Assembly: GCA_040753635.1 (NCBI GenBank)
Contig: JBFMDL010000001.1
Location: 3,714-67,713, forward strand
From: Nitrospirota bacterium
Lineage (GTDB): Bacteria; Nitrospirota; Thermodesulfovibrionia; Thermodesulfovibrionales; UBA6898
Direction of reading: 5' to 3'
Length of the DNA: 64,000 nucleotides
The notes under the pieces are model-generated. The model was not told the origin of the DNA. It searched no databases and saw nothing but the letters and a program-made list of their open reading frames with translations. Below are positions 54,497-64,000 of the stretch, piece by piece. Position numbers and translations under genes: made by a program. Position 1 is the first letter of the stretch. Each line of letters starts with the position of its first letter.

Positions 54497-55956
54497 TGGC
54501 ACTGGAAAGTCGTCTCGAATTAAAGCTTTCCCAAAAGCTCGTGCTGACCCCCCAGTTGCAGATGGCGATAAAACTATTGCAGATGCCCCAACTGGAGTTA
54601 TCCCAGACGCTTAACCAGGAGTTGATCGAAAATCCTTTCCTGGAAGAATCAACGGATGCGATTACTACTGAAGAACTTACAACAGAGGAAAAGGAATTTG
54701 AGGAATTGCCGGATTCAACAGATGACTCCGAGATGCCTCTTGAAAAAATGATGAGTTTTGTTTCTGACGACTATTTCGAAGAAAGAAGCTCAGACGGAAG
54801 AGATCTTGGATATTTTACACCCGGCAAAACAGCCCAGCCTTCTTTTGAATACTTTCTATGCAGCTCATCCGATCTTTTTGACCATCTTATATGGCAGCTC
54901 CGACTGTCAAAAGAAGACGAGGAGATAAGGAGTATCGGCGAAATAATAATAGGCAATCTTGACGAGAATGGATATCTGAGACTTACTATCGAGGAGATCC
55001 AGAGCATTTCAAAGGCTGATATCATAAAGGTGGGGAAAGCCCTTGAACTGGTCCAGAGTTTTGATCCTCCCGGCATTGCCGCCAGAGATATCAAAGAGTG
55101 TCTCCTTTTGCAGCTGAGAAACCTTGACCTTCACGACTCTCTGGTAAATAATTTGGTGCTGAACAATCTCGATCTGATCGGGAAAAAGAAATTTTTACAG
55201 CTCTCAAAAATCTATAATGTTTCTATAGAGGAAATTATGTCAGCTGTTAAAGTTATCGAAGGGCTCGATCCTAAACCCGGAAGAAATTTTTCCTCATCCG
55301 CTGTTAATTACATTGTGCCTGATGTCTATATAATAAAGAATGACAGCGGATACCAGATACTTCTCAGCGATGAGGGACTGCCAAAACTAAGAATAAGCAG
55401 TTATTACCAGAAACTGCTGTCCCAGAGAAATTCGATACCTAAAGAAGACAGACAATTTCTGGAAGAAAAACTTCGTTCCGCAATATGGCTGCTCAAGAGT
55501 CTTTCCCAGAGGAACAAGACCATTTATCGCGTAACCGAAAGCATACTCAACTTCCAGAAGGATTTCTTTGACAACGGCATTAATTACCTAAAACCCCTGA
55601 ATCTTAAAGATGTCGCTATAGAGCTCAACCTTCATGAAAGCACTATCAGCAGAGTAACTTCCAACAAATATCTTTCATGTTCTCACGGCATTTACAGCTT
55701 CAAGTTTTTCTTCAGCAATGCGATCCAGAGCGACGCGGGGGGAATATCTTCAACGACTATTAAGGAAATGATCAGGAAAATAATAAATGAGGAGGATCAC
55801 TACAGACCTCTGAGCGACATGCATATTGTTGATATTCTGAAGAATAAAAATATTACTGTTGCAAGAAGGACGGTTGCAAAATACAGGGAAGAATTAAAGA
55901 TTCCGTCACATACACACAGAAAAAAATTTTCATCTAACGCACAATCACATACTTAA
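54496..55956 (+). CDS. rpoN: RNA polymerase sigma-54 factor RpoN
   Basis: Region I LQLKLSQKLVLTPQLQ, and the C-terminal RpoN box ARRTVAKYRE. Confidence 0.95.
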   Translation: MALESRLELKLSQKLVLTPQLQMAIKLLQMPQLELSQTLNQELIENPFLEESTDAITTEELTTEEKEFEELPDSTDDSEMPLEKMMSFVSDDYFEERSSDGRDLGYFTPGKTAQPSFEYFLCSSSDLFDHLIWQLRLSKEDEEIRSIGEIIIGNLDENGYLRLTIEEIQSISKADIIKVGKALELVQSFDPPGIAARDIKECLLLQLRNLDLHDSLVNNLVLNNLDLIGKKKFLQLSKIYNVSIEEIMSAVKVIEGLDPKPGRNFSSSAVNYIVPDVYIIKNDSGYQILLSDEGLPKLRISSYYQKLLSQRNSIPKEDRQFLEEKLRSAIWLLKSLSQRNKTIYRVTESILNFQKDFFDNGINYLKPLNLKDVAIELNLHESTISRVTSNKYLSCSHGIYSFKFFFSNAIQSDAGGISSTTIKEMIRKIINEEDHYRPLSDMHIVDILKNKNITVARRTVAKYREELKIPSHTHRKKFSSNAQSHT

Positions 55957-55965
55957 AAGGAGGAA

Positions 55966-56493
55966 ATGATGAACGTCATAATTAACGGCAAGCATTTTGA
56001 AGTTACATCGGCGTTAAAAAAATATGCGGAAGAGAAGATAAAGAAGTTTGAACGCTACCTGTCTGATATATCAGAGGCAGTGATAACCCTCAGCATTGAG
56101 AAATACAGGCATAAGGCAGAGGTTCTTCTCAAGGTAAACGGTGTTTTGATACAGGCCGAGGGCGTGACAGGAGAAATTTATTCTTCAATAGATGAAGTTT
56201 CTGAAAAACTTGAACGGCAGGTCAAAAAATATAAGGAAAAACTGGTTTCACACAGAAAAGGGGCCGATAAAACCGCCGGGGTTTTCACAAAAACTTCTGT
56301 CGCTGCAGAAAGCGGCATGATTATAAAAAACAAGCGTTTTGAATTAAAACCGATGAGTCCTGATGAAGCGTCCATGCAGATGGAGCTTCTTGACAAGGAC
56401 TTTTTTGTTTTTTTAAACGATATAAGCGGCGATATCAATGTGATTTACCGCAGGAGAGACGGCAATTTTGGTCTTATAGAACCTGTCAGATAA
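55966..56493 (+). CDS. hpf: Ribosome hibernation promoting factor (long form)
   Basis: An S30AE N-terminal domain plus a C-terminal dimerisation domain (..FVFLN...G.INVIYRR.DGNFGLIEP). Confidence 0.9.
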   Translation: MMNVIINGKHFEVTSALKKYAEEKIKKFERYLSDISEAVITLSIEKYRHKAEVLLKVNGVLIQAEGVTGEIYSSIDEVSEKLERQVKKYKEKLVSHRKGADKTAGVFTKTSVAAESGMIIKNKRFELKPMSPDEASMQMELLDKDFFVFLNDISGDINVIYRRRDGNFGLIEPVR

Positions 56494-56498
56494 TTTCT

Positions 56499-57398
56499 GT
56501 GAAGACCGGAAAATCGTATTACAGAAATAAGGCCTCTTCAACTGAGAAAAGCAACTCCTCAAGGATTGTTATAATCACAGGTCTTTCCGGTTCCGGCAAG
56601 ACCGTCGCCCTGAGGGCTGTTGAAGATGCCGATTATTTCTGTGTGGATAATCTCCCGGTTTCATTAATAAGCTCCCTTGTATCTAAATTATCTTCAAATA
56701 CGGAGATCAGGAACATAGCTGTCGGTATCGATATACGTGAAAAAGAATTTCTGCGGAACATCGATAAGACACTAAATTTCTTAAAAAACAGGCACAGGAT
56801 AGAAATATTGTTTCTCGAGGCCGAAACCGACGTCTTGATCAGACGATTCAAGGAAACCCGACGACCTCATCCTCTCGGAGGAAACCTGGAAGACGCCATA
56901 AGAATCGAAAGAGATCACCTGTCTTTGCTGAAGGAAAATGCGGACAGGGTCATTGATACATCATCATTTTCACCCCACCAGCTCAGAAAGCTCGTCACAT
57001 CCCTCTATGTGCCTAAAGTCAACCTTAAGGATATGACGGTCAGCCTCATTTCATTCGGATTTAAATACGGCGTTCCCCAGAATGTTGATCTGCTGTTTGA
57101 CGTGAGATTTTTGCCAAACCCTAATTTTATACCTTCGCTCAAGCCTTTGAACGGCAAGGACAGACCTGTAGTGAAATATCTTTTCAGACACTGGGAAACA
57201 AAAGAATTCATGAAAAAGGTCGGAGGTCTTCTTGATTTCCTGATACCTCTTTACATCAAGGAAGGAAAATCATATCTTGCTATTGCATTCGGCTGTACCG
57301 GAGGCAACCACCGTTCACCTGCAATAGTGGAAGAAATTGTCAAGTCCCTGAAAAAAAATAATCTGGATTTAAACATTATCCACAGAGACATCTCGTGA
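56499..57398 (+). CDS. rapZ: RNase adapter protein RapZ
   Basis: Walker A motif GLSGSGKT, DVRFLPNP and CTGGNHRS are present. The start codon is GTG, and the N-terminus may be shorter. Confidence 0.9.
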   Translation: MKTGKSYYRNKASSTEKSNSSRIVIITGLSGSGKTVALRAVEDADYFCVDNLPVSLISSLVSKLSSNTEIRNIAVGIDIREKEFLRNIDKTLNFLKNRHRIEILFLEAETDVLIRRFKETRRPHPLGGNLEDAIRIERDHLSLLKENADRVIDTSSFSPHQLRKLVTSLYVPKVNLKDMTVSLISFGFKYGVPQNVDLLFDVRFLPNPNFIPSLKPLNGKDRPVVKYLFRHWETKEFMKKVGGLLDFLIPLYIKEGKSYLAIAFGCTGGNHRSPAIVEEIVKSLKKNNLDLNIIHRDIS

Positions 57399-57413
57399 TA
57401 TAATATCAATACT

Positions 57414-58550
57414 ATGATATACCTCGACAATAATGCAACGACGCCTGTTGACCCCGAAGTTTATGATGCGGTGTTTTCATGCCTCAAACGCGATTTCGGC
57501 AATCCTTCAAGCAGCCATCTTCTGGGCCGGAAGGCAAAGGAATTTATAGAATCTTCGCGAGCATCTATTGCAGAATTTCTTGGATGTACCCATGAAGAAA
57601 TCTGTTTTACATCCGGCGGCACCGAATCAAACAATCTCGCAATATTAGGTTCCAGCCTTCTTCACCGCAGCGGGCATATTATAACATCTTCGATTGAGCA
57701 TCCGTCGGTAATCAACACATGCCGGCATCTCGAGTCACTCGGTTTTGATATCACCTTTGCACCGGTGGACAACGATGGAATTGTCAGATTAGATAAAATC
57801 AGAGAAGCTGTCAGAAAGAATACGTTTCTGATATCCGTAATGCATTCAAACAATGAAACAGGGGTTATTCAACCCATCAAGGAAATTGGAGCGCTTGCGA
57901 GAGAGAACAATATCGCATTCCATGTTGATTCTGCTCAATCCATAGGCAAAATGCATTTCAGCCTTAATGATCTGAAAATAGATCTAATGACTATAGTTTC
58001 TCATAAATTCTATGGGCCAAAAGGCGTCGGCGCCCTTTTTATCAGAAAAGGGATAAATCTAAAGCCAATTTTTTACGGAGCCTGCCATGAAATGGGGATA
58101 AGGCCCGGAACCGAAAACGTCCCCGGCATAATAGGTCTTGGCAAGGCGTGTGAGATAGCGCAGAGGGATCTGGAGCTAAGGGTCTCACATACTACCGGTC
58201 TGAGGGATCTGCTTTTTAATAACCTGAAGACCCATATCCCGGATATTAAACTCAATGGTCACCCGACAAAAAGACTTCCGAACACTCTTAATATATGTCT
58301 ACCGGGGATATCCTCGCTTGCTCTTATAGAAAAAATTAAGAACCATGTTGCGGTTTCGTCCGGTTCTGCTTGCAACTCCGGTAAACAGACGCCATCAAAT
58401 GTTCTGAAAAATATGGGGCTTTCTGATGAGGAAGCATTATCGTCCATCAGACTCAGTGTTGGCAAAGATAATACAGAAGCAGAAATAAACGAAGCTTCCG
58501 AGATAATCGCGCAATCGGTTTTTTCCATGAAAAAAGCGCCTGTCAGATAA
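57414..58550 (+). CDS. Cysteine desulfurase (NifS/IscS family)
   Basis: YLDNNATT, the PLP lysine context SHKFYGPKG, and the active-site loop SSGSAC. Confidence 0.9.
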   Translation: MIYLDNNATTPVDPEVYDAVFSCLKRDFGNPSSSHLLGRKAKEFIESSRASIAEFLGCTHEEICFTSGGTESNNLAILGSSLLHRSGHIITSSIEHPSVINTCRHLESLGFDITFAPVDNDGIVRLDKIREAVRKNTFLISVMHSNNETGVIQPIKEIGALARENNIAFHVDSAQSIGKMHFSLNDLKIDLMTIVSHKFYGPKGVGALFIRKGINLKPIFYGACHEMGIRPGTENVPGIIGLGKACEIAQRDLELRVSHTTGLRDLLFNNLKTHIPDIKLNGHPTKRLPNTLNICLPGISSLALIEKIKNHVAVSSGSACNSGKQTPSNVLKNMGLSDEEALSSIRLSVGKDNTEAEINEASEIIAQSVFSMKKAPVR

Positions 58551-58596
58551 TTTTTCGGGCAATCTCTGGATATATTTCTTTATAATAAAACAGTCT

Positions 58597-60501
58597 ATGC
58601 AATATCTTGATGTAGTATTCCCTTTAAACCTCGGTCCACTGACCTACAGATGTCCGGAAGACCTGCTTGAAAATGCACAGCCCGGGATGATTATCACCGC
58701 TCCCCTTAAGAACAGACTGACAAAAGGGATTATCTTCAAAAAAAGTGTCCTGTCTCCTCAGGGGAAAATTAAGGAAATAGTCAAAGTACACGGCGATTCC
58801 CCGGTACTCAGCAGAAATATGTTAAAGCTTTTGAGATGGATGTCCGACTATTACATATCCCCGGAGGGACTTGTTTTAAAACAGACTTTACCTAAAGAAA
58901 TATTTTCTGATACACACTCCGGGAAATCAAAAAAAGAGCCCGGCAATACCGGAAGAATTCCGGTATTGCCGATACCGGAAGAAGAAATCTCCCCTCTCCT
59001 GGCATCTGTCCGTGACAATGTTTATCATACCTACCTGCTTCATTCCCCGTCATTGATATATGAATACTCTATAGCCTCCGCATTGCTTAATACAACGCGG
59101 AATATTATAGTCCTGTTTCCCGAGGTTTCACAGGCAAATATGTTTTTTTCCTCCATTAATGATAAATTTAAAGACAGGGCCTGCCTTCTTCACGGGGAAA
59201 CTCCGAAGGGCAGGCGTTCAGAATATATAGCGGGGATTCTCTCGGGGAAATACGATATAGTGGTTGGGACACGGCCTGCATTGTTCTCGCCATTAAAAAG
59301 CGTATCGCTCATTATCACAACCGGCGAACACAACAGCTCATACAAGCCTGAAGAAGGTGTCAGATACAATATAAGGGACGTAGCGGTAATGAGGGGTTTT
59401 ATTGAGAAGGCTCCAGTACTTCTATCTTCAGTAACTCCCTCAATAGATTCCTATTACAACGCTCTTTCAGGCAAATACAGGCTTATCAGTCCGGACATTC
59501 CTCATAACAGGCCTGTCATAAGGATAATTGATATGAGATTCGAAAAAAAAATCCGTCCGAATATTTCTAGGACAGTCTTTGAGCGGTCTAAAAATTACAT
59601 CAAGAACAACAGAAAAATAATATTTGTTATTAACAGGCGGGGTTACTCTACAACGCTTCTCTGCAATGAATGCGGACATATCGAAAAATGCGGCATATGC
59701 AATATGCCTGTGGTCCTCCACAAAAGTGACAACGTCCTGAAATGCCATTACTGCGGTAAAATAAAAGAAGCAACAGACAGTTGCACCAGATGTAAAAGTT
59801 ACAATCTCGAACTTTTAGGTTCCGGCACTCAAAGGGTGCAGGAAGATATCGGGGAACTTTTCGGCGTTGAAACGATAAGGTTCGACAGCGACAAAGCCAA
59901 AAACAAATCAGAAATCGATAAATTACTTGAGAACTTATCGGGCGATTCTTCGAAAATAGCAGTCTGCACAAAAATGCTGACAAAACGAATCGGGATAGCA
60001 GAAAATTTCTCCATGGCAGCAATTTTGAATATTGACGGCTCTCTGAATCTTCCCGACTTCAGGGCATCTGAAAAGGCGTATATGGAAATATCATCGATAG
60101 CAGAACTCATAAAACCAGATGGAGAAATATTTATACAGACAAGATTCCCCGGCAATGATCTTTTTAAGTATTTTAAGGCGGGACAATATGTCTCTTTCGT
60201 AAAGAAAGAATTATCTGCAAGAAAGGAACTTAATTACCCTCCATACTCAAAATTATTAAATATTATATTCACCGGAAGGTTCGAATCGCCGGAAAAGCTG
60301 TTAAAGACAATATGCGGTTTCAATACGGATATAGACATCTTCGGCCCTATCAAAACCCTTGACAGGAAAGGCAATGCCGAATATTCATTTTTACTGAAAT
60401 CCCCTGACAGGAAGGCACTTAATACCGCGGCCAGAAAAATCCTTGAAAAATATGAAAAAGCAAAAGACGCAAAGATCAGGATAGATGTTGACCCCTTATA
60501 A
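58597..60501 (+). CDS. priA: Primosomal protein N' (PriA)-like protein with degenerate helicase motifs
   Basis: The overall PriA architecture is present, including the Cys-rich zinc region (CNECG..CGICN...CHYCG...CTRC). However, Walker A is replaced by LLHSPSLIYEYS, DEEH by TGEH, and QVAGRAGR by SSIAELIK. Confidence 0.8.
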   Translation: MQYLDVVFPLNLGPLTYRCPEDLLENAQPGMIITAPLKNRLTKGIIFKKSVLSPQGKIKEIVKVHGDSPVLSRNMLKLLRWMSDYYISPEGLVLKQTLPKEIFSDTHSGKSKKEPGNTGRIPVLPIPEEEISPLLASVRDNVYHTYLLHSPSLIYEYSIASALLNTTRNIIVLFPEVSQANMFFSSINDKFKDRACLLHGETPKGRRSEYIAGILSGKYDIVVGTRPALFSPLKSVSLIITTGEHNSSYKPEEGVRYNIRDVAVMRGFIEKAPVLLSSVTPSIDSYYNALSGKYRLISPDIPHNRPVIRIIDMRFEKKIRPNISRTVFERSKNYIKNNRKIIFVINRRGYSTTLLCNECGHIEKCGICNMPVVLHKSDNVLKCHYCGKIKEATDSCTRCKSYNLELLGSGTQRVQEDIGELFGVETIRFDSDKAKNKSEIDKLLENLSGDSSKIAVCTKMLTKRIGIAENFSMAAILNIDGSLNLPDFRASEKAYMEISSIAELIKPDGEIFIQTRFPGNDLFKYFKAGQYVSFVKKELSARKELNYPPYSKLLNIIFTGRFESPEKLLKTICGFNTDIDIFGPIKTLDRKGNAEYSFLLKSPDRKALNTAARKILEKYEKAKDAKIRIDVDPL

Positions 60502-61096
60502 TCACTGCTTCTTCCTCGATCAAATTTCTGTAAATTTTCTCAACCTGTTTTCTCGTGCTCTCCTTTGAACGGTTATTATCTATAGTATAGTCGGCAAGTT
60601 TCTTCTTTACATTGATTGGAAGTTGAGCCCGAAGCCTGACAAGCGCTTCATTTTCTGAAACCCCCTCTTTTTTCAGCCGCTCAACAGCCTTCTGCCGTGT
60701 TGTATAGACTGTAATGGTTTTATCAAACCTGTCCTGGTAATTACCTTCGAAAAGCAGCGGTATTTCAACCACTAACACGTGTCTGCTGTCTTTTATTTTA
60801 TCAATAAAATTGTCGATTTTGCTTAAAACTAAAGGATGAAGCAGTTTCTCAAGTTTTTCTCTTATCTTCTTGTTTTTAAACGCTATACCAGCAATCTTCC
60901 TCTTATCAACCTTATTGTCTTTACTTACTGCATTACTGCCTATCAAATTGTTAACACTCTCAATTACTTCCTTTTCGTTAAGCAGTATATCCACTATTCT
61001 GTCGCAATCAATCGTCACAGCCCCGAGATGTCTGAAGACTGAAAGCACATAGCTTTTGCCCATTCCGTAATTACCTGTCAATCCCGCGACCAACAT
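60476..61096 (-). CDS. coaE: Dephospho-CoA kinase
   Basis: The P-loop GLTGNYGMGKS is present and the protein is 206 aa. Its 3' end overlaps the 3' end of priA by 26 nt (convergent genes). Confidence 0.9.
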   Translation of the reverse strand: MLVAGLTGNYGMGKSYVLSVFRHLGAVTIDCDRIVDILLNEKEVIESVNNLIGSNAVSKDNKVDKRKIAGIAFKNKKIREKLEKLLHPLVLSKIDNFIDKIKDSRHVLVVEIPLLFEGNYQDRFDKTITVYTTRQKAVERLKKEGVSENEALVRLRAQLPINVKKKLADYTIDNNRSKESTRKQVEKIYRNLIEEEAVIIRGQHLS

Positions 61097-61240
61097 TTAT
61101 TTATTATATACCGAAAACATGCTGTTGCCAAAAGAATAAGATGGACCTATTGGCTGGATTTTATATCTTGATAATCATACTTCATACCCGACCGAAAAAA
61201 TGACAGCTTTCTATCTCTATTTTTCGGCCCGATATAGCGA

Positions 61241-61269
61241 TTGACGCAATCTAAATTCTGGGTTATATT
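61241..61269 (+). promoter_or_regulatory. Putative sigma70 promoter (TTGACG-N17-TATATT)
   Basis: -35 box at 61241-61246 and -10 box at 61264-61269. A GGAGG RBS and the ATG at 61306 lie downstream. Confidence 0.4.
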
Positions 61270-61305
61270 ATATAATTAATTTTTCCTTGGAGGTAACATA
61301 AGGCT

Positions 61306-61614
61306 ATGCCTATATATGAATATGAATGCACGAAATGCAGAACTCATCATGAGATAATGCAGAAGATTACAGAAAAACCCCTTACGAAATGTCCCGACTG
61401 CGGCGGGAAAATGAAGAAAATGATCTCAAACACCTCTTTTGTGCTTAAGGGCACAGGCTGGTACGTTACAGATTATGCTTCAAACAGAAAAAATGATGAA
61501 GCAAAAGATTCGAGGAAAAAGACCGATAAACCGGTTGATCTGAAAAGTGAGCTGAAGAAAGAGACAACAACGGAAAACAACGCTAAAGCCAAAGAAGCTG
61601 TAGCAGCAAAATAG
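61306..61614 (+). CDS. FmdB-family zinc-ribbon protein
   Basis: [11 protein letters not shown]....CPDCGG is the canonical FmdB/CxxC_CxxC_SSSS N-terminus. Confidence 0.8.
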   Translation: MPIYEYECTKCRTHHEIMQKITEKPLTKCPDCGGKMKKMISNTSFVLKGTGWYVTDYASNRKNDEAKDSRKKTDKPVDLKSELKKETTTENNAKAKEAVAAK

Positions 61615-62366
61615 TGCCGTCACCCCACGTTCATATTCCATTCAACAGGATACCGGAATACATTGATTTTATTAAAAAAAATGAATTAAATCTTGAAATA
61701 TATTTCGGATCAGGGATTCTGGACGCGATAACCGAAGATGAAATAATTTCACTGAAGAATTCTCTCGACTATAATCCCTCACTTTCAATACATGCTCCAT
61801 TCATGGATCTTTCCCCTGGGGCAGTAGATTTTAGGATTCGCGAAGTGACCTTGGAGAGGTTTCATCAGGCGCTTGATATTGCGGAATTGCTTAAATCAAA
61901 AACTGTTGTTTTTCACTCAGGTTATGAAAAATGGAAGTATGCCCTTAATATAGAACTATGGCTTGAAAAAAGTCTTATTACATGGCAGATCATCAATAAA
62001 AAGGCTATCGACATAGGGGTAAAAATCGCTATAGAGAATATTTTTGAAGATGAACCGACCAATTTAAGGCTTTTAATGAAAAATATGAATTCAGAAAATT
62101 TCGGAATATGTTTTGATACCGGTCATTGCAATCTCTTTTCCCGGGTATCACTCGAAAGCTGGATGGAGGCTTTAAATCCGTATGTAATCGAACTTCACCT
62201 GCACGACAACAACAGGACTTCAGATCAGCATCTACCCATAGGAGAAGGCTCTTTTGACTTTGATACTTTCTTTCGCTTGCTCAGGAATAAAGAATGCATA
62301 TTTACCATTGAAGCCCATTCCCCTGAAAATGTCATGAAAAGCTTAGAATACATAAAGAATTTATAA
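61614..62366 (+). CDS. Sugar phosphate isomerase/epimerase family protein (xylose isomerase-like TIM barrel)
   Basis: The metal-ligand pattern ..HAPF.., ..IENI.., ..DTGH.. and ..HLHDN.. is present. The protein is 250 aa with a GTG start that overlaps the preceding stop. Confidence 0.7.
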   Translation: MPSPHVHIPFNRIPEYIDFIKKNELNLEIYFGSGILDAITEDEIISLKNSLDYNPSLSIHAPFMDLSPGAVDFRIREVTLERFHQALDIAELLKSKTVVFHSGYEKWKYALNIELWLEKSLITWQIINKKAIDIGVKIAIENIFEDEPTNLRLLMKNMNSENFGICFDTGHCNLFSRVSLESWMEALNPYVIELHLHDNNRTSDQHLPIGEGSFDFDTFFRLLRNKECIFTIEAHSPENVMKSLEYIKNL

Positions 62367-63473
62367 TGTATGCACCCTATCACTCATCTTAAAACCTTTT
62401 AGTTTAAAACACTTATTACCCTTATATTGAACTAAAACTTTATGTGATTCCCCCATTCCCTGTGGCATAATTATCTTTTTTATCCTTGCTATCTCAAACA
62501 AATAATCTTTTGAACCTGAGGCAAGCTTCTCTATCTCGGCATCGAGTCCGAGAGACAAAAGAAACATTCCCTGGCTGCAATATCCTATTGTCCTGAAACC
62601 GATTTCTTCCCCCCATTTTTTTACTGAAGAAAAATTTACATGTGCAGTAATGTCCTGTTTTCCGATATTTTTATAAGGGTCTTCATTGACCTGGTGTTTG
62701 TAATAACACATCAGTGTTCCCCTGTTTCTGTCCTCACTGAAGTATTCCCTGTCTGAATGCCCGTAGTCTATTGTAAAAATAAATCCTTCTCTTAAGACCA
62801 TATTAATATCTTTCAGCCAGCCCCTCAAATGGAGATTAACCTCCGTTCTATAACCTTCTTCAAATTCAACGGCAATGTCCTTGAAATATTCTGAAATTTC
62901 ATGCCTGCTCAAAGTTCCTGATTTTTCTTTCAGGTCTTTCCCGTCAAAAACAACATATATCTCCTTCATTTCTTCTTCCATCTGTATCAGATGAACGGGA
63001 AAAGCATCAAGCAGTTCATTTGAAAATATGCATCCGACGACATAGGACATCTCTGTTAATGAATTACACCATCTTATTTTTTCCGAAAATCCGGATAATA
63101 TTCTTTTTTGATTGCTTAACAATTCCTGATTGATCTCTATTATTATGTACTGAAGCGAATCATAAAACTCTCTGTCTTTCAGAAATTCGAGCATGTCTCT
63201 GCATAGATAACCCTCACCCGCCCCCATCTCAATAACCTTAAAGTCATGAGGTCTTCCCATTATTTCCCACATCTCCTCAATCTGCTTTCCGATCATTGCC
63301 CCGAACACAGGGTGCAGATGAGAGGTTGTGTAAAAATCTCCTTCCCTTCCAATTCTTACAGGACTTGCAGAGTAATAACCGAATTCCGGGTCATAGAGGG
63401 CCATTCCCATGAATTGCTCAAAAGTTATCGGGCCCTCCTCTTTAATCCTTCTGATTATTTTTTCTTTCAGCAT
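62361..63473 (-). CDS. SAM-dependent methyltransferase, DUF185 / MidA (NDUFAF7-like) family
   Basis: ITFEQFM..ALY.P..GYY, the SAM motif IEMGAGEG, and SNELLDAFPVH. Confidence 0.8.
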   Translation of the reverse strand: MLKEKIIRRIKEEGPITFEQFMGMALYDPEFGYYSASPVRIGREGDFYTTSHLHPVFGAMIGKQIEEMWEIMGRPHDFKVIEMGAGEGYLCRDMLEFLKDREFYDSLQYIIIEINQELLSNQKRILSGFSEKIRWCNSLTEMSYVVGCIFSNELLDAFPVHLIQMEEEMKEIYVVFDGKDLKEKSGTLSRHEISEYFKDIAVEFEEGYRTEVNLHLRGWLKDINMVLREGFIFTIDYGHSDREYFSEDRNRGTLMCYYKHQVNEDPYKNIGKQDITAHVNFSSVKKWGEEIGFRTIGYCSQGMFLLSLGLDAEIEKLASGSKDYLFEIARIKKIIMPQGMGESHKVLVQYKGNKCFKLKGFKMSDRVHTL

Positions 63474-63684
63474 AGCTAAATTAAAACAGGGAATACTTTT
63501 TATGATCGATACAGGGAAATATCTTGAAAATCAGAATAAAAGCAGTCGGTTAAAAATCTTATTAAAACTCTTCCTGCCACATTTCAGGGGTAAACCTGAC
63601 AGATCTGTTCCTGCCCGATTACTTATCAGGCCTATGGTCTTACCCCTCCTTTGTATTCCGGTCACCAGATATCCGTTTTATATA

Positions 63685-64000
63685 TTATTTAATCTCAAGC
63701 ATTCTGTCCAGAGCCCTTTTGGCGGGAATTCTAATATGCTCCGGCACTTTTATAATATGCCTGTTTTCGCGAAATGCGCTGATTATGCTTTGAAGGGACG
63801 TCTTCTTCATATTGGGGCAGATCATATCTTTCCTCAGCGGATAAAAAGCCTTGTCAGGATTTTCCTTCCTCAGTCTGTACATAAGACCTATTTCCGTGCC
63901 TACAACAAATTCTTTTGTCGTTGACGATCCTGCAAATCTTAACATGCCGGATGTACTTGTGACATGGTCCGCCATCTCGAGGACTTCGAGCCTGCATTCC
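63685..64000 (-). CDS. nadA: Quinolinate synthase NadA (C-terminal part; gene continues beyond the right edge)
   Basis: ..VVGTEIGLMYRLRKENPDK.F.....ICPNMK is NadA-like. The minus-strand frame is open to the window end. Confidence 0.85.
   Translation of the reverse strand, partial: ECRLEVLEMADHVTSTSGMLRFAGSSTTKEFVVGTEIGLMYRLRKENPDKAFYPLRKDMICPNMKKTSLQSIISAFRENRHIIKVPEHIRIPAKRALDRMLEIK

Noticed and set aside
60476-60501. A 26-bp convergent overlap of the priA and coaE 3' ends, and a 6-bp overlap at 62361-62366.
   Set aside because: Short convergent overlaps are common in compact genomes, and there is no additional signal.
63409-63924. A 171-aa plus-strand ORF bridging the DUF185-nadA spacer.
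   Set aside because: Both of its ends are antisense to well-supported genes, and it has no RBS. The spacer does contain a 60-nt nested hairpin (GGGGTAA 63587-63593 / TTACCCC 63640-63646, with an ACAGATCTGT palindrome). I could not tie that hairpin to any function, so I note it only here.
1-64000. A scan for tRNA, rRNA, CRISPR arrays, transposases, integrases other than xerC, phage genes and toxin-antitoxin pairs.
   Set aside because: I saw no T-arm-like GGTTCGAATCC motifs, no rRNA signatures, no regularly spaced repeats longer than two units, and no ORF with transposase, reverse-transcriptase or phage-like motifs. The window is core chromosome apart from the small non-autonomous repeats.

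Overview
The window is a 64-kb stretch of a diderm bacterial chromosome that looks moderately AT-rich by eye. It is densely packed with about 70 protein-coding genes, mostly housekeeping. I could not find any rRNA, tRNA, CRISPR array, transposase or integrase other than xerC. The gene content combines outer-membrane functions (LptCAB, MlaEFD, TolC/CusCBA, a secretin) with Firmicute-like synteny blocks (trmFO-xerC-hslVU; rarA-rny-ymdB; def-fmt / rsmB-PASTA-rpe). That mix suggests a deep-branching diderm lineage such as Nitrospirota or Thermodesulfobacteriota, but this is a guess. Main blocks, in order: (1) rlpA-hslUV-xerC-trmFO. (2) A copper/silver-type efflux operon (CYCXC protein, FixH-like Met-rich protein, cusC, cusB, cusA). 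(3) PilZ, dksA-like, and recO-BFN-era. (4) One very long, translationally coupled minus-strand operon, mobA-tatA-alr-mlaEFD-gspE-gspK-gspL-gspM-X-gspD-aspC. (5) rarA-rny-ymdB. (6) A Zn-ribbon protein, a second PilB/GspE-like ATPase and a CheY-like receiver. (7) lipA-aminotransferase-hom-tusA-moeB-JAMM. (8) csp, and DUF116-fmt-def. (9) lipoprotein/Zn-ribbon pair-rsmB-PASTA-rpe-TPR-pgsA-DUF512-aroE-lptCAB-rpoN-hpf-rapZ-nifS-priA. (10) coaE, an FmdB-type Zn ribbon, a TIM-barrel isomerase, a DUF185 methyltransferase and a partial nadA. Most notable observations: (a) the CYCXC-family ORF in the copper operon appears to read through its TGA as selenocysteine, giving a UxxC motif, 33 more in-frame codons ending in the next gene's RBS, and a downstream hairpin; (b) the second PilB/GspE-like ATPase has an in-frame TGA inside its conserved N-terminal domain; (c) a reduced T2SS-like gene set (E, K, L, M, C/P-like, D, with no F, G-J or O) is fused into the mla operon; (d) priA has degenerate Walker A, DEEH and motif VI sequences; (e) several ~160-175-nt intergenic elements have long inverted-repeat stems, two of which have only G-U-compatible substitutions on the plus strand; (f) there is a promoter-proximal, rod-like structured region upstream of rarA. 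Everything is inferred by eye from the sequence and the ORF track. No database search was run.
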